Below, piece by piece: positions 52,971 to 64,000 of a stretch of DNA of 64,000 bases. Every line of letters begins with the position of its first letter. The stretch's first letter is position 1. The translations under genes and the position numbers were made by a program. The DNA lies in contig NC_092677.1 of the NCBI RefSeq assembly GCF_964355755.1, positions 13,414,101 to 13,478,100 of the forward strand, written 5' to 3'. Under the pieces are notes generated by a model that did not search any database, was not told the origin of the DNA, and was given only the letters and a program-made list of their open reading frames with translations. Source of the DNA: Antedon mediterranea (lineage: Eukaryota; Animalia; Echinodermata).

Positions 52971-55780
52971 GTGGTAAATTCCGGACACCCGAATAGAAAC
53001 GGACGCGTCCGAAGCGGGTTGGGGCGGTTGCTCCAACCAGAGTCACGTCTCCGGCGTTTGGAATGCCGAGGAGGCGTTAGCCCACATCAATCTCTTAGTA
53101 CTTTGGACAGTAGACCGAACGTTGAAAGCGCTACTTCCAAACATAACAAATTCACACGTCCATGTCTGCTCGGACAACACAACCGTGGTCGCGTACATCA
53201 ACCGACAAGAAGGCACAAAGTCTCCGACTCTTTGCTATCACACATGGACGCTCATACACTGGTGCATCGCGCACAGAATAACGCTGACTGCATCGCATAT
53301 TCCGGGCAGCCAGAATGTAGTCGCGGACACGCTGTCCCGACTCGCTTTACGCCCGACCGAATGGCGTCTGTTGCCGAGCATAGCCACTCAAATATTCGAC
53401 CACTTCGGACGGCCGCACATAGACCTGTTTGCAACGTCAGAGAACACGCAGCTCCCGACGTTCTGCAGTCGATTCCGGGATGCACGTGCGTGGGCGGTGG
53501 ATGCCCTGTCCATGTCATGGGACGGTTTATGGGCTTACGCGTTCCCGCCAATATCGATCATACCAATAGTTCTGACTCACATTCAGCGCTTCCGATGCCG
53601 AGTTCTGTTGATCGCACCCCGTTCTGGCCTCGTCAAGCGTGGTATCCGCTTCTTGCCAGTCTTCTTTACGATCACCCGCTGCGTCTTCCGGTCCGCGCGG
53701 ATCTACTGACGCAAAATCGTGCGAGGTTCTCGACGATCAATCTACAATCCCTGAACCTGACTGTTTGGCCATTGTCAGGGATCAGCTCAGAGACTCGGGA
53801 ATTTCGGACGGCCCAGCCGCCCTGGCGGCCAAATCTAGAAGAGATTCGACTCTCACCGTCTACAACAGCCGCCTACGACACTTCTTCCGCTGGTGCAGAC
53901 AAAAGAACATAGACCCTAAGGCGATATCCTTGGGTCAGATCTGCGCTTTTTTGCATTACCTGTACGAATCAGGCTTGCAAGTACGCACGGTGTCAGGCTA
54001 CCGGTCCGCGATTGCGGCCATTACTCCGCCATTCAAGGATGGCTCGACGGTGTCAACTTCCGCAGTAATCACGCATTTCTTACGCGGTATGTCCAGAGAG
54101 CGACCTCCGTCTAAGGTCTTAGTTCCACGTTGGGACGTCAACGTCGTTCTATCCGCACTCACGCGCCCGCCGTTCTATCCGCACTCACGCGCCCGCCGTT
54201 CGAGCCAATGAGCAAGGCTTCGTTATACAATCTTTCGCTTAAGACAGCGTTTCTGGTGGCGTTGTCCTCATGTAAACGCCGAGGCGAGCTGCACGCGCTC
54301 ACGCTAGAGCCAGGCCATATACGATTTGAGCGGGGCGGAGTCCGGTTGACATTCAGGAAGGACTTTCTGGCCAAGTCCCAGACGTTAAATTTCTCGCCGC
54401 CTGCTGTGTTCGTTCCATCAATGTCCGCATTTTTGGGGGTAGTAGAGGACAAATTCTGGTGCCCGGTAAGAGCACTCAAATTCTACATCCACCGTACAGA
54501 GACGTTGCGAGAGGGTATATCTCACTTATTCGTCACGTCGGTGCCCCCGTATCGGCCGGCCGCAAAATCCACGATTGCTAACTGGGTCGTGGCAGCGATT
54601 CGGGCCGCTTATGAGTCGTCCAGCACTTCGCCGCCGGTACATATGCATGAGGTGCGGGATGTTGCTACATCCTGGGCGTTGTACGCTGGTGTTTCTGTAT
54701 CAGACATTATGACAGCGGCATGGTGGCGGACACAGTCTACGTTTACTGCGCATTATTTAAAGGACATTTCTGCAACCATGGCGCCAGTAGCAGCAGCAGT
54801 GCTAAAGCCTAGGTTATAGGTACGTACCCCGGGGGGGGGGGGGTCACTTGTATATAAACCAAACGTGGGGGGGGGTTTTGCAGCAGCCACTTCAAGACAT
54901 GAGGCACTTGTGCTACCTGTTTTACTGAAAAATACTACGGACTTGAACTACCATTTACCAAATAAAAATCCAGTGTTCTCTAAAAAGACGGCAGAAACAA
55001 GGCCACGCCAGAGAGGGCGCAATATTTGTACTGGTTCCCGGCATGATCTGCGCATGGCCAAAGAGACCGTTCATGGCAAAATCATGAACGTGTTTTCGCT
55101 CGTCCGCGGTGCATGACGACGATGATCAAGAGTCAAGAGTGGTCACAGTTGAATGATTTTGTCGTAGGCTATGTTTCGTGTTCTTCTGCTGATGCGAAAA
55201 CTCTAGGCCTATTCAAAGGTGTTTAGCGATGGGCTTATAGCCGGGCTTATAGCATCCATTAGGCTAAAATACCTGCAAAATTTGGCGATAAATCGTGACA
55301 TTTTGACACGGGTGGGCGGGCCAGGCACTTAAACTACTAATTTCACCCTGTCATTTCCCACACTTGTGCTACCAACTCTCCATAATTTCCCACACTTGTG
55401 CTACCAGGCCCTCGAAAATATACCCGTAAATGCGGCACCTCCCCGTATGGAAATATTTAAGAGTGACCCCCCCGGGGTACGTACACTTCACTTGCTCTGC
55501 TCTTTGTTAAATTACTCCCACCGCCGACTAGTTCTAGTGCTAATCTGGCTATTGTCGGTTTATACAGGTAAGCTAGGCACGATATAGACTACACAAACCA
55601 GTAGTGGTGTTAGTAGTCTATGAGTGCTAGCTTACCTGTATAAACTCCCTCCCGCCGTCCCCGCAGTCAAGTGGGCGGAAAATGATGACGGTGGTATGTT
55701 GGTACGTTCCCACATGAGGGCGTGGTTGCGGACTGGTCCATTATAATACAGGGGTGTTCTAGGCATGAGCTATTCCTTTG
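52971..55780 (+). mobile_element. Degenerate DIRS1-like tyrosine-recombinase retrotransposon, 3' half (RNase H, methyltransferase-like domain, YR, 3' non-coding region)
   Basis: TDAS..GWG, SDNTTVVAYINRQ, HIPG..NVVAD.LSR (RNase H); IDLFAT, DAL..SW, YAFPP (MT-like); KTAFLVAL....R..EL, CPVRAL..Y, H.VR..ATSW, TF..HY (YR); 26-bp duplication at 54145-54196 frameshifts YR; 19-bp inverted repeat 55558-55576/55627-55645. The 3' boundary is approximate. Confidence 0.85.
54827..55477. mobile_element. Non-autonomous DNA element with CCCC(G)nTCACT TIRs inserted just after the DIRS YR frame
   Basis: ccccggg..gggtcact / agtgaccccccc-gggg with tacgta on both flanks (palindromic, so TSD length is ambiguous). 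Confidence 0.75.
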
Positions 55781-57713
55781 TCGCAGAATTGGAGTACCCA
55801 TAAAAGATTCTAAGACAGTCGCTCCTACGACGAATATCATCATTTACGGCAATGAAGTTGATTCAATCAACATGATATGTCGCTTGCCGGAGGCAAAAGT
55901 AACGAAAATAAAATCAATTCTAGATACATTTGTAACAAGGAAAAAAGTTACTTTAAGGGAACTACAATCGTTAATAGGGCTCTTGAGTTATGCTTGTTCA
56001 GTTGTCCTACCGGGTCGAACCTTTCTGCGAAGACTCATCAACCTCCTCTCCCTTGCAAAACACCCAAACCATTTCATTAGGATTAATTTAGAAGCGAAAC
56101 AGGATCTGTACATGTGGCTTACCTTTATTAAACATTTCAATGGCAAAGCCCTCATTCTTCCGGAAAAATGGATCACCTCGGATACGATCCGATTATTTAC
56201 CGACGCGGCGGGTTCAATCGGATGCGGGGCTATCTTAGGAAGTGGTTGGTTTGCGTTTCCTTGGCCGTGTTCATTTTTAGGCAGGTCCATAGCTGTACTT
56301 GAATTGTTTCAAATTGTGATTGCGTTGGAAACTTGGGCACCCAGGCTCGCGAATAAGAGGATCCTATTTCGGTCCGACAACCAAGCAGTTTGCGAAATAC
56401 TTAAAAAAAAAACCGCGAAAGACGCTACTCTCCTGCGGCTTTTGCGACGCTTGGTGCTTTGTTGCCTAAATCACAACATTCTGTTCGAAGCAAAACACAT
56501 TCCAGGCAAGGAAAATGTGTTGGCTGACCTACTGTCAAGGCTCCAAATCAACAAAGCATTGTCATTGGATAAGTCTCTTAGCGCTCATCCTACAGAAGTA
56601 CAGCATGAGCTGCTTCACATTTAAATGGTCTGGGATCATTATGCAGTACGAAAAGTTCAGCTTGGGCTGCTTCTAAGTACTCAGTCACGAACGATGAAGT
56701 CCAGCTTGGAGCTGCTTCAATAACTTACTTACGTTAAACAAGATTAATTTGGATAGTTTATTTTTCAGGCTTCTCCATAGACCCACAGCAAGGAGCAGCC
56801 AATCCCGCTCTGACACCGACAGCGGTCTCCTTAATCGAATCCTCCCTTGCACGTCCAGTCACCAAAAAGGCTTACAGACGTAGTCTGCAACTGTTGGCAT
56901 CCTGGTCAGGAAAACGAGTACCCTTACCACTTGATGTAGGTACAATTTGTAATTTCCTGTCTCATTTATTTGACAAAGGTTTGGCACCAGGAACAATTTC
57001 CTCACATTATTATGTCTGCAATCTCGTTCGTACACAAGTTAGTAGGCCTACCGGATCCTAGCGGGTTTTTCCTCGTTCAAAAAATTATCCGCGGAATTCA
57101 TTCTAGGGCGGCAAAAGTGAACTCTCGGCTTCCCATAACAAAAAGGATCTTGATTAGGCTACTCGATGCATTGCAGTTTATAGAACCATTACTACCCCAT
57201 CGTTTGTTACTTGAAGCATTATTTCTTACAGCGTTTCAGGATTTTTTTTCGGCTCGGAGAATTGGCATCAAAAGCCAAAGATTCGAACGTAGTAGAGCGC
57301 AACGATTTAACTCTGAACGAAACAGGGGCCTTAATCATAATACGACACCACAAAACTGGAGTTGGAAAAACCCCCGTTTCGGTATCATTTGCACCATGGG
57401 TTAGAGAAAAGTACTGCCCAGTGGCCGCACTAACAAACTACCTCGCACATTGCCAACAGTCCACAGGTCCCTTGTTTCAGCACCTTGATGGCAAGGCGGT
57501 TACACAACAATTTGTGGCGTGCCGGCTGAGAGTGGCAGTGTCGTTTATTGGGTTGAATCCGAGCCATTACAAGGGCCACAGTTTTCGTATTGGGGCAGCA
57601 ACACATGCTGCGTCATTAGGCAAGGCATGTCAGATAGCCTCATTCAACAATTTGGGAGATGGAAATCTTCTGTTTTCAAGAAATACATTCGTATTTCATC
57701 GTTCAGTTCGTAA
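55780..57713 (+). mobile_element. Second, distinct degenerate tyrosine-recombinase retroelement (Ngaro/PAT-like: RT C-terminus, RNase H, YR, no MT seen)
   Basis: LQSLIGLL.YAC.V..GR.FLRR, FTDAAG..GCG, SDNQAV, HIPGKENVLADLLSR; YR motifs CPVAAL..Y, HSFRIGAAT, GRWKS..F..YIR across frameshifts. Confidence 0.8.
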
Positions 57714-58542
57714 GGGTCAGGTCCGTGGTTTTTGTTTGGTCTGGGTGGGAACCCATCCAAGGCTGGGTTTTTGGCGCCGACACCCAGACTCATGTCTTAT
57801 CTTTCAGCCAATTTCATATTTTATTGTATTTTAATCAGACTCAAGTAGATTTATAGATGTATATATTTGATGCTTAAGTCAAATTTGTTAACCTAATATT
57901 AAGTACTGTTTAGTAAGTAAGAGTTTAATACTTTGATTTATACTTTGTTTAAATATTCTGATTACTGATATCCGTTATGCAGTATTTTATTTATGGTTTC
58001 AGATGACATAACGTATAAGGCGTAACCCCTTTTTATATTATGTAATATAATTAGGCCTAAGTGATATGTCATCTATGTTTTACCAATATACACGTTTTAA
58101 TATTCGTCATTTTAATAAATGACATTTCCATCCAATGATGGTTTATCTGTGTTTGTTTGTTGTCCTGTCCGGTCGCTAGCGTAACACAAATTAATTTCTT
58201 CATAAGAGAGATTTTTGTTGATCCAATAGTACGAAATACAAATATAAACTGTTTTACAATCTGGTAAATAAGTCACCTCGGTAACCAAGAACAAAAGTCT
58301 ACATGAAATAGCAAACTGAATGTTTGCAAAACGTCAACAGTACTTTGTATTTCGTACTTTCGATTTACTGGATAGACAACAATTGAGTTGGTGTCAGTTT
58401 ATTTTGAAACAGTAGCATACATTATTGTCGTGTTAAAGTGCTATATAAAAATATAAATACTCTTTCTCCCCTGAAATTTATTCGAATGTTGACGCCTAAC
58501 ACAAGTATATTTGTTTGGCCTTATTAGAAATTGTAGTATGAT

Positions 58543-58744
58543 TTTGACCTAATAATATAATGTTGGAATTCCCAATATTGTTTACAATGCCTTATAATAG
58601 TCGGATTCATCCAATCATAATTGGGCGTAACAAAAGTAAATCGCAGTGACCCGACCCGACCGTTCCCAGTGGCTGTTGTAGAGCGGCAAACACACATACT
58701 GGTATTTGTTAGATTCTTTCGAAGTAAAGGAGGAAAGACGAATG
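58543..58744 (+). promoter_or_regulatory. Promoter / non-coding first-exon module of DED gene 5
   Basis: tttgacct..ggaattccc..taacaaaag..gtgacc..gtggctgttgtagag..aaaggaggaaa..g|gtaagaattattg. Confidence 0.6.
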
Positions 58745-59084
58745 GTAAGAATTATTGTATATAACATTATTAAATAGGTCTCCATAAACAGTGGAATATA
58801 TTAAAGCTTCTTATTTGATGTTTGCTCATTACCCAACGCGAAAAATATATCAGATAAATGCACCTACGGGTTTTGTTTACACTTATCTATGGTATCTGGG
58901 TAATTGGTAGGAGCCTATAGCCAACATGTTACTGATAATGGATAATGTGATATTGAATTGGTATCTCCTGTCTAGGCCTATAGACACTTGTTATTAGAAT
59001 GAAATCCGAAAATGAAAATATAAACAGTTATCTTATGCCGCCTATATATATATAGGCCTATAATAGATATATGAAGGGCTTATA

Positions 59085-59255
59085 GTGTTGCACTGATGAA
59101 GGGCTAGTGTTGCCCAAAAGCTCTAATTTTTCTGGCTGTTTTACTTTATAGTTTTGATTTAGCTTTTTGCTTATTTTATTTTGTATCAACATTGAGATCC
59201 AGCCACTGATACCCACAGCATTGTAATTATTTTCAGTAATTTGCCTTTGGATTTA
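59085..59255 (+). repeat. Short interspersed repeat (copies at about 3390-3432, 4912-4980, 46223-46295); possible Penelope-like pLTR remnant
   Basis: Shared gatccagc..ctgatacccacagcatt..ttttcagtaatttgc; this copy is preceded by ctgatgaa-gggc..gccc-aaaagctc. Confidence 0.5.
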
Positions 59256-59473
59256 TAATAGATATATCTATATTTATATTTTAAAGGTTTTGTTTGTTGC
59301 CAGGTGCTAGGCCTAAACACATCACAGTGACAGTTCATAGCTTTTATTTTTCCTCTATCCCTCTATTAATGTTTAGTATGTAGAAAGATTGAAAATTTAA
59401 AAAAATCAATGAATACATCCCGCAAGTATACTTCCTACAAGAGCATAACAATTCTTTTATTTTTTACAGTAAC

Positions 59474-60008
59474 ATGATGGTTGATACTGATGATAAGTTT
59501 AGAGACTTTTGCCAAAAAATCAGTAATGCCTATCCTGGGAATAAAACAAAGGAGTTAAGATTTCTTTTACATGATCCGTACCTACCAAATGGTGTATTGG
59601 CAGGGGAAGGTTATTCGGGAATGTACTTATTTAATGAGCTCAAAAGTAGAGGCAAAATCGCATACAATGATGTTAACCTTGTATCAGAAATTGCAGATGT
59701 AACAGAAAATGAATGTGCCAAAACTATTGTAATGAAATACAAACAAGAAATCCAGTGTAATGCTAGGTCTATTTCGAGTTTGTCTTTATATCGTAAAACA
59801 CTTTATAAAGCTATGGGTGTAATCACAGAAAATAAGGGGGGTGATTTACACAAATTAATTGACTATTACGGATTGAATCATCAAGAATTTACAAATAAGT
59901 GGGATTTAGTATTTTATTTAGAGACAGAACTCAAATTAGAAAACACAACAGAGAAATTGAACAGGTTTGCTGAACAGTTGAATGGAGGTGCAAAAGTCAT
60001 ATTGCTAG
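59474..60008 (+). CDS. DED gene 5 exon type A (tandem DED-like pair)
   Basis: ttacag|taacATG; donor CTA G|gtacgt; intact paralog of the other A exons. Confidence 0.85.
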
Positions 60009-60362
60009 GTACGTAACAGTATTTTGAAATATTTTTATTTCCATGATTTTAAACGTTGTAGGCCTACATTAAAAAATGGTGGTATGATTTAGACATTACA
60101 TATCTCTTTATTTTATTTACTTATATTTAATTTATATAAAGAATCAAGAAGTAGAACATTTATTTGATGAAAAGAGCCACCCTATATCATTAATATTATC
60201 TCTAGCTCTGAGACTTTTTTTAATAGCTAAGTGGTAGGTCTCATAGTTACTGTGTATGTATGCGACATGAAAATAAAGAATCCTCTTCCGATTACCTATT
60301 TGGCCTTCCTGCCTATATTTCTGAAAAGAGAAATGCCGAAAGTTTCCCCTTTTATATTACAG

Positions 60363-60404
60363 GACAAAGCGCTGTTGATAATAGTGGAGCAAGACCTGCT
60401 ATAG
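60363..60404 (+). CDS. DED gene 5 linker micro-exon 1 (GQSAVDNSGARPAI)
   Basis: tacag|GA..ATA G|gttggt; 42 nt, phase 1-1. Confidence 0.65.
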   Translation, partial: DKALLIIVEQDLL

Positions 60405-60821
60405 GTTGGTTGTATGAAATATTTATTTTAGTTTTAGAATGTTCAATATTGTCTTGAAGAAAGCTACTATACTGTGAACAATTTACCATTAAATTTGCCA
60501 TGTGTTTTTCGACGAAATAGGCCTATATTTACTATATTATTTTTAATCGACGCTTGAATCATGCTAATGATCACAGTAATAAGTAGTACGCATACGTACG
60601 GTACATTTTGTTGACTGAGTAATTGCTACCGAAAAAAGGGTAGTGCTAATACTTATAACTCAATTAGTTCGTTTTCTTGAATATTCTTCTTGATTTATCA
60701 AACTAGTGTATATGGTGTGTATATAGTACTGTAAATAATGGGTAGTGCTAATACTTATCACTCAATAGGTTCGTTTTCTTGAATATTATTCGTCAAACTA
60801 GTGTATATGGTGTGTATATAA

Positions 60822-63483
60822 ATTGGTTTGATAATGAAATTAAACAAGCAATTACAGAACGAAGAGAAGCTGCTAGGACGCATAGAAAATACGTCAAATT
60901 AAACCCTAATAATGACCACACAGATATTCTATGGCAATCCTACAAAGAAAAACGTGTTAATGTAAAATAACTGATTTCAAGAAAAATTACTGAATCTAAA
61001 GTAAACAAATCTATTAAAATTGCTAAAAAAAGGAGGACCCTCCTCTAGAGATTTTTGGGAAATTCTTAAAGGGTCTAATGACAGTAAATGTAAATCTGGT
61101 ATTAATTGTGTTAAACTTTCACAAGACCGTAATGAAACTACATGTGATAAAAAAAATTCTAACTATTGTTAAACATTATTGGACAAGTTCATGATTGTTT
61201 CTCATACTTGACAAAATGGGCAGTTAGTGAAATGCACTCTATAAATGACATTAGCAATGATGAGAATATACTCTCTAATATTACAGATAAATAATTACAG
61301 AAGCACTATCAAATGCCAAAAATAATAAAGCCCCAGGTATAGATGGTATAACGAATGAACTCCTTAAAAACGGAGGTATAGCGCTAGAAACATCCCTCCT
61401 TGTCTTATTCAACAAAATTGTTGAATTAGAAAAGATACCGAGTGGAATGTAAGCATTATTGTTCCCATCTTTAAAAGGGGGGATCGTAAAGATTTAAATA
61501 ATTATAAATGAATTTCACTGACTTCTTGTGTGTCAAAAATTTTTAACAGAGTAATCACTATGTACGTATCTAATTTTATAGAAAAAGATAACTTTCTTTC
61601 GGAAGTTCAGGGAGGCTTCAGATCTGACCACAGATGTGAAGATCACATCTTCACTCTTAAAAAATATATTGTGTTGCCGATCAAATGTAGGCAAAACTAC
61701 ACATCTAGCCTTCCTGGACTTCCGTAAAGCTTTTGATAGTGTTTGGCGAGATGGCCTTTTAAAATCTGCATGGGACGCAGGTATAAGAGGGAAAGTTTGG
61801 AGACTTATTAGCTCTCTTTATAATGATGTTAAAGGCAAAGTTAGAATAGGAGAAAGTATGACAGATGAATTTAATATTTATAAAGGTGTAAAACAATGGT
61901 GTGTGCTCTCACCAATTTTATTCTCAATTTTTATAAATGAATTTGTAAAACTTCTTCGTGATAGTAATTTATGGAATGGTATCTGGATGGGTGGCATTTT
62001 CTGGGCTGATGATGTTATTCTATTAGCTAATGATGAAAAGGAAATGACAAAAATGTTAGAAATCGCAGATAGATTTGCTAATGAATGGAAATTGGGATTT
62101 AATCATGACAAGTCCAATGTTATGGTTGTTAGTAAACGCATAAATAAAAATAAAAATTGGAAATTGGGGGAAAAGACAATTAAAGAGGTAAATAGCTACA
62201 AATACTTGGGTGTTTATATCACATCAAATTTAAGAGATCACACACATTATGAACATGTCAAACAGAAAGGAAACTGATTAATAGCTTACATTAAGGGTAT
62301 TATATCTAATCTTGATAATTTTAACAGAGTGTATTATGGTAATATACTTTAGAAGTCAATTGCACTTCCATCAATAAATTATGCAAGTAGTGTTTGGTAT
62401 AATAGATCAATCTAAGATAATGAAGACTTAGAAAAGCTTCAACTACAAATGGCACGTTATTTATTAAAGGCTCCACGATATACACCCCGTGAAGCCCTTT
62501 ATGGTGATCTTGGTTGGGTCCCTTTGTCCCAACTACATGAAATGTCGAGAACAAAGCTGTTTAACCGATTTATAAATGGACAATAGTAGGTGGCCAAAGA
62601 TTGCCTTAGATTGTATGGTACAAACTGATTGTAACTTTAATAACCTAAAATATAAATTCTTAAGTAATTGTGTTGATACAATTAACAAATGTACAAATGA
62701 TGTGAACTCATATGATATATTTAATGTTAATAATCTGTCTTTTTCACACCTTTTTCAGGTAAGAATACTGAACAGGCCTTATCAGAATCATATAAATCAG
62801 AGTGGTCAAACAATTTATTACAAAAAACTTCCTTAAACATTTATTCTAAATTAAAACCTGAACCAAAATGAGAAAAATATCTTCTTGACAAAATAAATTT
62901 TTATGGTGCTAGCTTAAAGTTTAAGGCTAGATCAAACACTTTACAACTTGATTGTAAAACATGTAAGTGGTCAAATGAAACCACAGGTGTTTGCACACTA
63001 TGTGAAATCGGTGAATTTGAAGATATTAAACATTTTATTTTGAACTGTAAGGCTTTTGACAACATTAGAAAAGAAGAATTAAGAAACCTAGAACATGATT
63101 TGACCCTCTGTAATGATTATGATTTATGGACATTATTTGTAAATGCAAATGATGAAAACAAATTAAGTTTTATATTAGGGGGAGAGTCTGTTCCTTTTTT
63201 CTAATAAATCATATAACTCATTTGATAAATTTTGTAAAAAATATTTAAGTTCTGCATGGGAGAAACGATCCTCTTTAAAGTACTCCCAATGATTAATTTA
63301 TTGTATTGTTACTTGTAAATACTGTAGTTTCTAGTTAATTTTGTTTTTTTTGCTTAGTTATAGTTTGGTTATTCATCTTTTTATTTTTCTATAATGTTCT
63401 GCTTTGTTTGCTGGACCGAACCGCATATTGTGAGTGCCACTGATACAAAGGTGTTATGGTCAACAAATAAATAAATAAATAAT
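60822..63483 (+). mobile_element. Degenerate 5'-truncated LINE (CR1/L2-group RT) inside an intron of gene 5
   Basis: KAPGIDGITNELLKNGG, QGGFR...RC.DHIFTL, FLDFRKAFDSVWR, GVKQ.CVLSP.LF, WADD, YKYLG, C-terminal C..C......HF...C; (AAAT)n tail. Confidence 0.88.
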
Positions 63484-63571
63484 ACTGAAAATAAAATTAC
63501 ATAATAAAAATAGTAGTATTTATATGTTTACTCGAATTTAATATGCTTGCTATTTTACGAATTTAATATAG

Positions 63572-63673
63572 CTGAACAGCAAGGTACTGGTGGTGCCACT
63601 GGTGGAGGAGAAGGCTCTTCATCAACAACAACTAGGCCTATAACAAAGACAACGACGAAAACAACAACATCAC
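63572..63673 (+). CDS. DED gene 5 linker exon 2, Gly/Thr-rich (AEQQGTGGATGGGEGSSSTTTRPITKTTTKTTTS)
   Basis: tatag|CT..TCA C|gtaagt; 102 nt, phase 1-1. Confidence 0.7.
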
Positions 63674-63795
63674 GTAAGTAGTAGGCTTATTTATTGAAAA
63701 TATTTATTAGTACTTGTACTTGTTTGTATACCAACACACTATAATGTATGTGCTATTAAACTAAATATTAGAATAACATGTGATTATGTTTATAG

Positions 63796-63840
63796 GTGAT
63801 CATCCGAGAGAAAGTACACCATTGGCTCCATTAAATAAAG
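63796..63840 (+). CDS. DED gene 5 linker micro-exon 3 (RDHPRESTPLAPLNK)
   Basis: tatag|GT..AAA G|gtataa; 45 nt; PL.PLN motif shared with gene 3 exon 42124-42183. Confidence 0.7.
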
Positions 63841-64000
63841 GTATAAATATTAGTTGCTATCTAACCACAAAAGCGAACGTCATATAAAACAATATCATAT
63901 ACTGTATCGTATTTTGTTGGATAAGAGCTATTTCATCCAGTAGACTCAACCATGGAGGTATAAAAATAACCATGCGCACATAGCTTTAATTAACAAATTA

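Noticed and set aside
53639-57834. Prophage or bacterial integrase genes
   Set aside because: The recombinase frames are linked to RT/RNase H of DIRS-type retroelements and are frameshifted.

Overview
AT-rich metazoan (invertebrate, deuterostome-like) genomic DNA with spliceosomal GT-AG introns; no prokaryotic features. The backbone is a + strand tandem cluster of at least six paralogous genes or gene relics. The reconstructed products have the architecture [tandem DED-like pair]-[variable low-complexity linker built from symmetric phase-1 micro-exons]-[second tandem DED-like pair], with no caspase or death domain visible. Two copies reconstruct as intact spliced ORFs (about 371 aa and 393 aa), one is frameshifted, one is 5'-truncated, and two are cut by the window edges. 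Most units are preceded by a conserved promoter / non-coding first-exon module carrying kappaB-like sites. A 17.2-kb non-coding foldback-type element (5732-22952) has near-perfect terminal inverted repeats, a 9-bp target-site duplication and about 90 units of a 181/190-bp minisatellite that flips orientation at about 9312; it appears to sit in the first intron of one of these genes. The rest is a dense set of transposon relics: two Helitron copies, a nested hAT-like element, three LINE fragments, two tyrosine-recombinase retroelements, 5S-derived SINEs and several MITEs. All calls were made by eye; no database searches were run.
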